Below, piece by piece: positions 16,896 to 26,298 of a DNA stretch of 38,256 nt. Positions within the stretch are counted from its first letter, which is position 1; each line of letters opens with the position of its first letter. The DNA comes from a virus (Duplodnaviria > Caudoviricetes): the IMG/VR virus record IMGVR_UViG_3300042860_000123, positions 1 to 38,256 of that record. One strand, given 5' to 3'. The position numbers and the translations under genes were made by a program. The notes under the pieces are model-generated. The model saw only the letters and a program-made list of their open reading frames with translations, did no database searches and was not told where the DNA came from.

Positions 16896-17329
16896 ATCTC
16901 ACACCTCATTTCACGCTTGAAGAACTTACCGCCTCAGAAGCCGCAGAACGCAACGGATGGGACAACGCGCCAAATGAACAGGAATTGGAGAACCTTAAAC
17001 GCCTCGCCGCCTTCCTTGAGGAAGTTAAAACTGCCTTGGGCGGAAGACCCGTCATGGTTAACTCTGCTTTTCGCAGCAAGCAAGTCAATGATGCTGTTGG
17101 TTCTAAAGATACTAGCCAGCATCGCATTGGTTGTGCTGTGGACATCCGAGTACCTCAACTGACCCCTGACGAAGTGGTCAAAACCATCATTGCGTCTGGC
17201 CTGCCTTACGATCAGGTTATCCGTGAGTTTGACCGCTGGACTCATGTGAGCATCCCAAACACGCCAGATGCCAAGCCAAGAAAACAAGCGCTGATTATCG
17301 ACAAAACAGGCACACGGCTGTATGCTTGA
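16892..17329 (+). CDS. Endolysin, peptidase M15A-type zinc peptidase
   Basis: MNLTPHFTLEELT; SAFRS...N.AVG...SQHRIGCAVDI; W.HVS zinc-ligand motifs. Confidence 0.88.
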   Translation: MNLTPHFTLEELTASEAAERNGWDNAPNEQELENLKRLAAFLEEVKTALGGRPVMVNSAFRSKQVNDAVGSKDTSQHRIGCAVDIRVPQLTPDEVVKTIIASGLPYDQVIREFDRWTHVSIPNTPDAKPRKQALIIDKTGTRLYA

Positions 17330-17359
17330 TGCACACCCAAATTGATGGGAAAATAAGCC

Positions 17360-19225
17360 ATGCCACTACAAAAGATCATGTTCAAGCCCGGTGTAAACCG
17401 GGAGAATACTAGGTACACCACCGAAGGTGGTTGGTATGATTGCGACAAAGTTCGGTTCCGTCAAGGCACACCAGAGAAGATTGGCGGCTGGGTTCGTATT
17501 TCTGCAACGATATTCCAAGGGGTTTGCCGGTCTTTGTGGAATTGGGTAACGCTTGGTAGCCAGAACCTTTTGGGCGTGGGCACACACCTTAAGTTTTACA
17601 TCGAGAATGGCGGGGCGTACAACGACATCACCCCCTTGCGTAAAGCCCCTGCAACGCTTGGCAACAACCCGTTTGCTACGACATCTGGCTCAACCACAGT
17701 AGTTGTAACAGATGCTACGGGCGGCTATACCAACGGCGCTTTTGTAACTTTCAGTGGCGCTACTGCAGTGGGCGGCTTGACCCTTAACGGTGAATATCAA
17801 CTCTCTACTATTGGTGCGTCCACAACCACCTACAACATCACAGCGTCTTCTGCGGCTTCTTCCACCGCTACGGGCGGGGGCGCGGCTGTTGTGGCTGCAT
17901 ACCAAGTCAATCCCGGCCCTGAGTATGCGGTGCCTTTAGTGGGTTGGGGCGCAGGCTCTTGGGGTTCAGGCACATGGGGCCTTGGCTCTACATCTGTGGA
18001 TGCGCTGCGTATTTGGAACCAAAGCAACTTTGGTCAGAACTTGATCTTTGGCCCTCGCGGTGAAGATATTTACTACTGGGACGCGGCTACCAGCTTAACA
18101 ACCCGTGGCGTGCTGCTTTCTTCTCTTGCTGGCGCATCTGATGTGCCGTTACACCAAAACTTTTTGCTGGTCTCAGACACCAGCCGCTTTGTACTTGTCT
18201 TTGGTACAAACGAAATTGGCGACACGATCCTTGACCCGATGCTGATTCGTTGGTCTGACCAAGAAGATGCGGTGCAGTGGACACCCTCAATTACCAACCA
18301 AGCAGGTAGTATTCGCCTTTCTCACGGCTCAAAGATTGTGACTGCCTTGCAGTCCCGCCAAGAGATTATTGTTTGGACAGACTCTTCTTTATACTCGCTC
18401 CAATACCTTGGCCCCCCATACGTGTGGAGTTCACAGCTTCTTGCAGACAGTATCTCTATCGTAGGCCCCAGCGCTGCCGCCATTGCCTCGGGTGTCACGT
18501 ACTGGATGGGCGTGGATAAGTTTTACAAATACGATGGTCGCACACAAACCATGCGCTGTGATCTGCGGCAGTACATTTTTAGCGATATCAATACGGCTCA
18601 GTATGAGCAGGTGTTTGCAAGCACCAACGAAGGTTTTAATGAAGTCTGGTGGTTTTACTGCTCTAGTAATTCAAATGCTATAGACAAGTACGTTGTGTAC
18701 AACTACGAAGAAGACATCTGGTACTACGGCATGATGGCGCGTACAGCTTGGCTTGACTCTGGTCTTCGCAACTACCCCCTTGCCGCTACGTACAACTACA
18801 ACGTGGTAAATCATGAACAAGGCGTAGACGACAACGCTACTGGTACTGCTTTGCCAATCGAGGCATACATTAGCTCTTCGCAGTTTGATATTGGTGACGG
18901 CCACAATTTTGGCTTCGTCTGGCGTGTTCTGCCAGACATTACGTTCCGTGGTTCCACAGCCACAAGCCCACAGGCTACGATGTATTTGCAACCCTTGCAG
19001 AACTCAGGCTCTGGGTACAACAACCCACAATCGGTTGCCGGTAGTAGTAGTGGCGTAGTAACACGCACAGCGGTCATTCCGGTAGAAGAGTTTACTGGGC
19101 AGATCAACACCCGTGTGCGGGGCCGTCAGATGGCGTTCAAGATTGACTCTACTGCGCTTGGCGTAACGTGGCAGTTGGGTGCACCGCGTATGGACATTAG
19201 GCCGGATGGCCGAAGGGGTGGTTAA
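17360..19225 (+). CDS. Tail nozzle / packaged-DNA stabilisation protein (P22 gp10 / tubular B-like)
   Basis: 621 aa beta-rich: VRFRQGTPEKIGGW, IRWSDQED, EVWWFY, RVRGRQ...DGRR C-terminus. Precedes the ejection proteins. Confidence 0.65.
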   Translation: MPLQKIMFKPGVNRENTRYTTEGGWYDCDKVRFRQGTPEKIGGWVRISATIFQGVCRSLWNWVTLGSQNLLGVGTHLKFYIENGGAYNDITPLRKAPATLGNNPFATTSGSTTVVVTDATGGYTNGAFVTFSGATAVGGLTLNGEYQLSTIGASTTTYNITASSAASSTATGGGAAVVAAYQVNPGPEYAVPLVGWGAGSWGSGTWGLGSTSVDALRIWNQSNFGQNLIFGPRGEDIYYWDAATSLTTRGVLLSSLAGASDVPLHQNFLLVSDTSRFVLVFGTNEIGDTILDPMLIRWSDQEDAVQWTPSITNQAGSIRLSHGSKIVTALQSRQEIIVWTDSSLYSLQYLGPPYVWSSQLLADSISIVGPSAAAIASGVTYWMGVDKFYKYDGRTQTMRCDLRQYIFSDINTAQYEQVFASTNEGFNEVWWFYCSSNSNAIDKYVVYNYEEDIWYYGMMARTAWLDSGLRNYPLAATYNYNVVNHEQGVDDNATGTALPIEAYISSSQFDIGDGHNFGFVWRVLPDITFRGSTATSPQATMYLQPLQNSGSGYNNPQSVAGSSSGVVTRTAVIPVEEFTGQINTRVRGRQMAFKIDSTALGVTWQLGAPRMDIRPDGRRGG

Positions 19226-19536
19226 TGGCACAAGCAAACGTTATAGCCCCACGCTTACCCAACCCGCCCAAAGAGTACACGCAAGCCTACATGGAGCAAC
19301 TCCTGCGGGTGATGTTTTTGTACTTCAATCAGTTGGATAATCCGGGGCCAATCTCTGGCGCAACACAGCGTAATGGCACTAAAATAACGGCGGGTCTGAG
19401 TTTTTCTCAACCTGACCCCACTACGCCAAATACCTATGTGATTAGTTTGCCAACTCAGGCCGACTACGCTAACCTTCGGGTGGGAGATGTTTACTACGAC
19501 ACTACCGCCGGAAACGTACTGAAAGTAAAGGTCTAA
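19225..19536 (+). CDS. Small virion protein
   Basis: APRLPNPPKEY...LYFNQLD; C-terminal LPT...LRVGDVYYD..GNVLKV. Confidence 0.6.
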   Translation: MAQANVIAPRLPNPPKEYTQAYMEQLLRVMFLYFNQLDNPGPISGATQRNGTKITAGLSFSQPDPTTPNTYVISLPTQADYANLRVGDVYYDTTAGNVLKVKV

Positions 19537-19537
19537 C

Positions 19538-22204
19538 ATGAGCCTACACGCACTTGCAAATCAAATGGCCGCAAAAGGCCGTAATTCGGACTCGATGCTG
19601 GTGCATATGGCCCCCCAAGAAGTGGCGGGTTTGCAGGCTTTGGCCATGAAACATGGCGGCTCACTGACAATTAACCCAGACACTGGGCTGGTTGAAGCCA
19701 ACTTCTTGAAGAAGTTATTGCCTGCGATTGCGGGCTTTGCGCTTAATGCGTTTGCTCCCGGCTTTGGTTCTGCTATTGGTGCCGCTTTGGGTGGTTTGGG
19801 TAGCGCGGCAGGCACAGCTATTGGCTTGGGCGGTATCACAGGTCTGGCTACTGGCAGTCTGTCCAAAGGTTTGATGGCCGGTATGGGCGCGTATGGCGGC
19901 GCTAGTTTGGCTGGCGGTGTGATGGGTGCGGGTGTAGGAGCCGCGCAGCAAGGCGCTATGGGGGCGCTCACCCAAGAACAGATTGCGGCAAAAATGGCCG
20001 AGACAGGTTTAACTGAACAAGGCGTGCTTAACCAAGCCGCTGCGGAAGCTTCTAAAGCAGCGTTAGCTAGTGGTAACGCTGGGCAAACACTGTCTTCTGG
20101 TTTTGGTGCAATTACAAAAAGCCCAGCAGCCTTCGGCAACTTTGCTAAACAAAACGCTGGCGCGCTCTTAGGTGTGACATCTCCGTTGCTGGCCGATCAG
20201 GGTGTAGAAACCGTTACCAAGATGGATAACCCCGGATACATCCGCAACTTCGAGGTTGATCTTTTAACACAACGCGCAAAAGCGTTAGACCCTGTTAGTG
20301 TTAAGTCTTTGGGATACCCCGGTTACGCTGACGGTGGAGCAATTGGCGTACCCAGAACCGTAACGCAAATGCCCGGAAGTGATTCACGTAGCTCTTCACA
20401 AGCCGCATATGAATTTTTGATGGGCATTGCCCCTAGAACCTCTGTGGCTCCGACCGATGCAGCATCAACCTCTGCCAGTAGAACGACTAACCCCGCCGCT
20501 CAAGGCCGTTACGCGTGGAATTCAGACACACAATCATACTCGTTTGTGCCAGCAGAAGGTATTGCAGCACTTGCCCCCGATTCTTCACCAAAACTTTCGT
20601 ACGAGTTTGGCGGGGGTGACAGTGGTTCTGGCTCGGGTGGTGCAGGGGCTTCAAGTGGCACTGGCTCTACCGCTGCTGATTCAGCAGACTTTGGTGACAC
20701 TAGCAGTAGTGATAGCAGTAGTAGCAGTAGTGATAGCAGTAGCAGCAGTGATGGTGACGCAGGTGCTTCAGGTGGAGGCGGTGGCGGTGCGGCTGGTGAT
20801 GGTGGTACTGGAGATGGCGGTGATGGCGGTGCTTCAGGTGGGGGCGGAGGCGGTGCGGCTGGTGGTGATGGAGAAGCCAACGGTGGGTTGATGCGCTTGC
20901 ACAAGAAGTTTGCAGAAGGTGGTGCTGCCCGTGTTCGTGATGGCAGTTCTCAAGCTGCATACAACTACTTAATGGGTCTTACAAACACAACTCGCCCCGA
21001 AGACTCTGTACGCGCAATGCCCGTGGATATGCCACCACCTACGTTTTATATACCACCCACAACAACTACACCTACACCCCCACCAAGAGGAGACGATAGT
21101 TTACCTACTTTAAATCCGTTTACTCCAGTTACAGGCGGTGGCGGTGGTGGGGGCGGTGGTGGCGTTAGCCCCATCACGGGGGGCGCAAGTGTGGGTAATG
21201 CCGTATCCAATACTGAGCCCTCACCTACGTATTCAGGCTTTGTGCCCGAGCCAGCTAACCCCAACATACCTGTTGTAGATATTACACCTACACCAACAAT
21301 TCAAGACGACGGCACAACTGCAGGTATTCAGAAAACTATTGACGTAGCTACAAATGAAGATGATGAGCTAGGGTATTTAACTGGCAACAGGCCATCACCT
21401 ATGCCTGAGCCCCCACCATTTGAGCCTGATAATTCTGGCTTTTATAACTCAGAATTTAATACGGCTAGGGACATCGACGATGCGACCATTGCTGTAGATG
21501 TGCCAAATGATGGCGTCACTGCCATGGATAACGGCAATACACAAGTTGACATGAATCCGATTGTTCAACAGCAGCCTGCCGCACAACCTACTGTTCAAGA
21601 TACGCCAGACGGCGGCGCTATTGTGACTACGCCAGATACAACAGTTGTGGAAACACCGACTACTCGCTCAGTGCAGCCTACGGTTGTGGAAACACCCGTT
21701 GTAGAAACGCCTGACGGCGGCGCTGTGGTAACTGTGCCTGACGTTGAAGTAGGCAATGCTGGTGGTGATTTTGGCGATAGTGGCAGTTACGACGGGTTTA
21801 TAGGTGATGACGATAATATTGACGAAGACCGCTACGATTACGCCGGTAATGCCAACGGCGGCTTAATGGGCTACGCCATGGGCGGTATGCCCGGCTACGC
21901 CATGGGCGGTGGTCTCGGCTCCTTGGGCGGCTACTCTGACGGTGGCCGTTTGCTCAAAGGCCCCGGTGATGGTGTGTCTGACAGCATCCCCGCCATGATT
22001 GGTAAGAGGCAACCCGCACGCCTTGCCGATGGCGAGTTTGTAATTCCTGCCCGTATCGTGTCAGAATTGGGCAACGGTTCAACTGATGCAGGTGCTCGCA
22101 GGCTATACCAAATGATGGACAGAATTCAAGCAGCCCGTAAGAAAACCGTGGGCAAAGGGCGCGTGGCTAAAAACTCCCGCGCTGAAAAGCACTTACCCGC
22201 ATAA
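19538..22204 (+). CDS. Internal virion/ejection protein 1 (hydrophobic G/A segment plus long disordered region)
   Basis: GRNSDSMLVHM...GGSLTINPDTGL N-terminus; G/A-rich hydrophobic stretch; S/G/D/P tracts; C-terminal GPGDGVSDSIPA...ARLADGEFVIPA domain. Confidence 0.65.
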   Translation: MSLHALANQMAAKGRNSDSMLVHMAPQEVAGLQALAMKHGGSLTINPDTGLVEANFLKKLLPAIAGFALNAFAPGFGSAIGAALGGLGSAAGTAIGLGGITGLATGSLSKGLMAGMGAYGGASLAGGVMGAGVGAAQQGAMGALTQEQIAAKMAETGLTEQGVLNQAAAEASKAALASGNAGQTLSSGFGAITKSPAAFGNFAKQNAGALLGVTSPLLADQGVETVTKMDNPGYIRNFEVDLLTQRAKALDPVSVKSLGYPGYADGGAIGVPRTVTQMPGSDSRSSSQAAYEFLMGIAPRTSVAPTDAASTSASRTTNPAAQGRYAWNSDTQSYSFVPAEGIAALAPDSSPKLSYEFGGGDSGSGSGGAGASSGTGSTAADSADFGDTSSSDSSSSSSDSSSSSDGDAGASGGGGGGAAGDGGTGDGGDGGASGGGGGGAAGGDGEANGGLMRLHKKFAEGGAARVRDGSSQAAYNYLMGLTNTTRPEDSVRAMPVDMPPPTFYIPPTTTTPTPPPRGDDSLPTLNPFTPVTGGGGGGGGGGVSPITGGASVGNAVSNTEPSPTYSGFVPEPANPNIPVVDITPTPTIQDDGTTAGIQKTIDVATNEDDELGYLTGNRPSPMPEPPPFEPDNSGFYNSEFNTARDIDDATIAVDVPNDGVTAMDNGNTQVDMNPIVQQQPAAQPTVQDTPDGGAIVTTPDTTVVETPTTRSVQPTVVETPVVETPDGGAVVTVPDVEVGNAGGDFGDSGSYDGFIGDDDNIDEDRYDYAGNANGGLMGYAMGGMPGYAMGGGLGSLGGYSDGGRLLKGPGDGVSDSIPAMIGKRQPARLADGEFVIPARIVSELGNGSTDAGARRLYQMMDRIQAARKKTVGKGRVAKNSRAEKHLPA
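20700..20875 (+). repeat. Low-complexity tandem repeats ((T)AGCAG units and duplicated GGTGCTTCAGGTGG.GGCGG block)
   Basis: Encodes SSSDSSSSSSDSSSSSD and two copies of GASGGGGGGAAG. Confidence 0.8.
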
Positions 22205-22213
22205 GGACAGAAA

Positions 22214-24637
22214 ATGGCAGAACAAATTGTACGAAATCAAGTAGGCTTTGCCCCTGAGATTGCGCCGTTTGCGCAAAACTTATTGGGTATGGCGCAGGGT
22301 ACTGCGTTTACATACCAGCAGGTGCCTGTATTAGATGCAAATGGGCAACCGGTATTAGACGCGCAAGGGCGTCCCAAAACAACACCAAAGCTTGACGATA
22401 AAGGCTTGCCAATTGTCAGCGGCTTTAACCAAACGCCAACATATGAGCAGTATGCACGGCAACAAGGTTTTACAAATCCCGAACGCGTTGCACAGTTTCA
22501 AGACTTGCAAAAACAGGCGTTTACGGGTGCGGGCAATCTTGGCTACAACCAATACTCTACATCTGCGGCTACAGGTTTAGAATCTTTGGCTAAAAAAGCA
22601 GGTGAAACCACCTACTCCCCTGAGAAGTTTGGTAACGCTTACACAAGTCAGCAGGCATACGATCCATCTAAGTTCAATGCGCGAGAGGTAACCGCCCCTC
22701 AGTTGCAGAACTACCAGATGACTGGCCCAAGAGATGTAACGGGGCAAGTTGCTACAGCCGCACAGCTAGGTGCTGCCCCAGAAGCCCGTGCAGCTACTGG
22801 CACAGCCGCACAAGCAGGCCCTTCCGAAAGAATTCGCGCAGAACAGTTTGGGGGCCCCGACAGAGTACGTGCGGATACCGTACGCGCTGAACGCGTCACC
22901 GCCCCTCAGTTGCAACAACTGCGTATGGATGCGGCCAAAGACATCTCGTCTACCGGTGTGCAGTCCCGTGACATCCAAGCCGCGCAGTCTGGCTATAACC
23001 CACAGCTTCAGCAGTTTCAGATGGGGCCAGCAGAGCGCGTTGCTGCGCAAGAATTTGGCCAAAAGAGTGTTGACCAATACATGTCCCCCTACATGCAAAG
23101 TGTGGTGGGTATTCAGCAACGGGAAGCCCAACGTGCGGCAGACATTGCCAAGACACAAACTAATGCACAGGCTGTTAAAGCTGGCGCTTTTGGCGGTAGC
23201 CGCCAAGCCATCATGGATGCCGAAGCTGCCCGTAATTTAGCTTTACAAAAAGGCGACATCCAAGCCAAAGGTCTGCAAGACGCATACGCACAAGCGCAGA
23301 CCCAGTTTAATGCTGACCAAGCGCGTCAGATGCAAGCAGCAGGGCAAAACCAACAAGCAGGTTTAACTGTTGGCCAGCAAAACTTAGCCGCCCAGTTGGG
23401 CGTTCAGCAGTTGGGCGCAGGTCAGATCGGTCTGCAAACTGCTATGGCTAACTTGAACAACCAACAGCAAGCCGCTGTTCAAAACGAAGCTAATCGTCTG
23501 CAAGCCAGCGGCATGTCTTCGTCTCAGGCAATGCAGGCAGCGTTGGCAAATCAAGCCAACCAACAACAAGCTAACTTGCAAAACTTAAGTGCGGGTTTAC
23601 AAACACAAGGTTTGGGTGCGCAGACTGGTTTGCAAGCACAAGGTATGAACCAGCAAACAGGGCTTCAGGCTTTGCTAGCTAATCAATCGGCTAACCTGCA
23701 GGCAGATCAAGGCAACCAAAACATGCAGTACAACACTGGGTTGCAGAATGCTCAGATGCGTCAACAAGCTAACCTTGCCAACCAAGCTTTGGGCGGTCAA
23801 TACGGCCTGCAAAATGCACAGATGGCACAGCAAACTGGCATGGCTAATTTGGGCAACCAACAGCAAGTCAATCTGGCTAACCAGCAAATGCAGGGACAGT
23901 ACGGTTTGCAACAAGGACAGTTTAACCAAGCCGCTGCAATGCAGAACCCTCAGTTGGCACAGCAAGCTATGCTGGCTAACCAGAACATGGGTTTTAACGT
24001 TGGCAACGCAAACCTGCAAGCTAACTTGGCTCAACAGCAACTGGGTTCTGGGCAGAACATGCAAGCGCAATTGGCTAACCAGCAGTACGGTTTGAGCGCA
24101 CAGCAGATGCAAGAGCAAGCCCGTCAATATGGCTATGGCCAGCAGATGAACAACGCGCAGAACCAAGCGCAATACGGCCAAGCGGCTAACCAACTTAACG
24201 CACAGCAGTCACAGTTTGGCGCTGGTTTAGGCTTGCAAGGTTTGCAAGCTGGTATGTCTGGTTACCAAAATCTTGGTGCGCAGGGTCAAAACCTGTACAA
24301 CCAAAACATGGGCAACTTGGCGATGCAGAATCAGTTCGGTACGCAGCAACAGCAGAACGTGCAGAACGTTCTCAATAATCAGTACCAAGATTACTTGAAC
24401 GCGCAGAACCAACCGTACAAACAGATGGGCTTCTTGTCAGACCTGTACCGCGGTGCACCGCTGTCTACGCAAGGCAGCACAATGTACACATCACCGCCCT
24501 CACTACTTAACCAAGTAGCTGGTGCAGGTACAGCGGCATACGGCGCATACAAAATGTTTGGCTCTAAAAAAGGTGGCGTAATTAAAGAGCGCCCCAACGC
24601 GGGTCTGGCAAAATTGCTACTTCACAAAATGGCTTAA
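22214..24637 (+). CDS. Internal virion/ejection protein 2, Q/N/A-rich (DNA-pilot-like)
   Basis: YMSPYMQSVV...AGAFGGSRQAI motif followed by about 400 aa of ANQQ/GLQ quasi-repeats. Confidence 0.65.
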   Translation: MAEQIVRNQVGFAPEIAPFAQNLLGMAQGTAFTYQQVPVLDANGQPVLDAQGRPKTTPKLDDKGLPIVSGFNQTPTYEQYARQQGFTNPERVAQFQDLQKQAFTGAGNLGYNQYSTSAATGLESLAKKAGETTYSPEKFGNAYTSQQAYDPSKFNAREVTAPQLQNYQMTGPRDVTGQVATAAQLGAAPEARAATGTAAQAGPSERIRAEQFGGPDRVRADTVRAERVTAPQLQQLRMDAAKDISSTGVQSRDIQAAQSGYNPQLQQFQMGPAERVAAQEFGQKSVDQYMSPYMQSVVGIQQREAQRAADIAKTQTNAQAVKAGAFGGSRQAIMDAEAARNLALQKGDIQAKGLQDAYAQAQTQFNADQARQMQAAGQNQQAGLTVGQQNLAAQLGVQQLGAGQIGLQTAMANLNNQQQAAVQNEANRLQASGMSSSQAMQAALANQANQQQANLQNLSAGLQTQGLGAQTGLQAQGMNQQTGLQALLANQSANLQADQGNQNMQYNTGLQNAQMRQQANLANQALGGQYGLQNAQMAQQTGMANLGNQQQVNLANQQMQGQYGLQQGQFNQAAAMQNPQLAQQAMLANQNMGFNVGNANLQANLAQQQLGSGQNMQAQLANQQYGLSAQQMQEQARQYGYGQQMNNAQNQAQYGQAANQLNAQQSQFGAGLGLQGLQAGMSGYQNLGAQGQNLYNQNMGNLAMQNQFGTQQQQNVQNVLNNQYQDYLNAQNQPYKQMGFLSDLYRGAPLSTQGSTMYTSPPSLLNQVAGAGTAAYGAYKMFGSKKGGVIKERPNAGLAKLLLHKMA

Positions 24638-24646
24638 GAGGTAAAT

Positions 24647-26296
24647 ATGTCTTTATCAAGCATCTATCGTCCAAACGAAGACATCAGTAACCCAAGCCTT
24701 GAGTCGGTTATGGATAAGTTGCAGACTTTTAATCCTGAACAGTTAAAAGCGTTTGCCGCCGCAAATCAAGACGACATGATATTGTTGGGCGCTGCTCAAG
24801 CTGTTCACGCCAACCACGAGAAGTTTGCGCAGGCTAAGATGGCTCAGCAGGGTGGCCAGATGCCGCCTGTCAATCAGCAAGTTGTGCAGAACATTGGCCC
24901 AACGCCCCCACAAGGTATGCCGCCCCAAGGCGGTCAGGGTATGCCTCCACAAGGTATGCCACCGCAGGGTGGTGGGCCCCTACCAGAGCAACAAGGCATT
25001 GCGCAGTTACCTACACCCAACATTGATAACATGGCCGGGGGCGGTATCGTAGCGTTTGCCGATGGCGGTTCCGCTGACGAAGACATGATGTACTCTGGTG
25101 AGCCTGTGTTGCGTATGGCTGATGGCGGTATTCCACGCTATCAAGGTGTTCCTACCGCTATGGGTGGAGATGGTAGTCTTGTCGGATATCCTGATGAGTT
25201 TACGAATATTGATGCTCAGATTGCCGCCCGCAAAAGGCAGATGGAACTTGAAGGCGCGTTTGACGATTACAGCAAGCCTGTGCCCAAAGCTCTTCCCAAA
25301 GCAAAGGCGGCACAGCCAACTGCTCAGGCTATTAAACCTGAAGATTACAAGCAGTTAATGAACAGCTTCATGCCTGAGAAAATTGTTGACCCTTTTGCCG
25401 CCCAACGCACCAAAATTTCACAAGCAGAAACAAAACTTGCTCAAGAAAATTTGACAGACTATGACGCAGACATAGCAAAACTAGGTATAGCCGGTAAACC
25501 CCAAGAAGAGCGCATCAATAAGCGGGAAGCTGAGCTTGGTAAGCAAAAAGATATGAATACCAACATGGCTATCATCGAAGCTGGTTTGGCAATGATGCAG
25601 TCTAGAGGCCGTGGTTTGGCAGGTATCGCAGAAGGCGCTGGTGTGGGAACCAAGATGTATGCAAGCGGTATTGAACGTTTGCGTGCCGCTCAAGAGAAGA
25701 TTGATGATGCTCGTGATGGCTTGGATACCCTGCGCCGTAATGAAGCCTTTATGACTACTCGGGATCGTAGGGCACTTAAAACCGAAATTGGTAAGAGCGT
25801 GGTGGGCGCAGAAAAAGATGCGCTCAAAGGCATGGAACAGGCCTACGGTATTGCTAAAGAAGATTCACGCGCTTTATTCAAGACAGTTGCGCAAGCGCAA
25901 GAAGGCGGGCTTGATCGTGCGTCTAGAGAAAGAGTTGCAATTATTGGTGCCAATGCACTCACAGCACGTGCTAATGCCGCAGCGGATGTAAGAGGTCAGT
26001 TGACCCCCAAACAACTTGCAGACATACGGAATATGGCAATTGATAACGTTACAAACGCCAAGACGTTTATGTATGACCGAGAAGTAGCCGCTAACGCCGC
26101 TAAAAAAGCAGGCAAAATGTTCGATCCAGCAACTTATAAAGAAGACCTTATTAAAGCAGAAACTGAAAGATTGCTTGCAGAATACAACCGCGGCAGTACA
26201 ATACCAACAGCAACCCCCACCGGCGGTAATTCAGGTGGCGGTACATTTGATCCCTCACGCTGGGGCCAACCCCAAGTTGTAACACCTAGAAATTAG
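24647..26296 (+). CDS. Internal virion/ejection protein 3
   Basis: gaggt RBS; PPQG repeats, MAGGGIVAFADGG motif, then a helical charged region. Confidence 0.6.
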   Translation: MSLSSIYRPNEDISNPSLESVMDKLQTFNPEQLKAFAAANQDDMILLGAAQAVHANHEKFAQAKMAQQGGQMPPVNQQVVQNIGPTPPQGMPPQGGQGMPPQGMPPQGGGPLPEQQGIAQLPTPNIDNMAGGGIVAFADGGSADEDMMYSGEPVLRMADGGIPRYQGVPTAMGGDGSLVGYPDEFTNIDAQIAARKRQMELEGAFDDYSKPVPKALPKAKAAQPTAQAIKPEDYKQLMNSFMPEKIVDPFAAQRTKISQAETKLAQENLTDYDADIAKLGIAGKPQEERINKREAELGKQKDMNTNMAIIEAGLAMMQSRGRGLAGIAEGAGVGTKMYASGIERLRAAQEKIDDARDGLDTLRRNEAFMTTRDRRALKTEIGKSVVGAEKDALKGMEQAYGIAKEDSRALFKTVAQAQEGGLDRASRERVAIIGANALTARANAAADVRGQLTPKQLADIRNMAIDNVTNAKTFMYDREVAANAAKKAGKMFDPATYKEDLIKAETERLLAEYNRGSTIPTATPTGGNSGGGTFDPSRWGQPQVVTPRN

Positions 26297-26298
26297 CC

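Noticed and set aside
22214-24637. Tape-measure protein call
   Set aside because: No tail tube, sheath or frameshifted chaperone genes were recognised, and the context (after the nozzle, before the polyvalent protein) fits podovirus-like ejection proteins.
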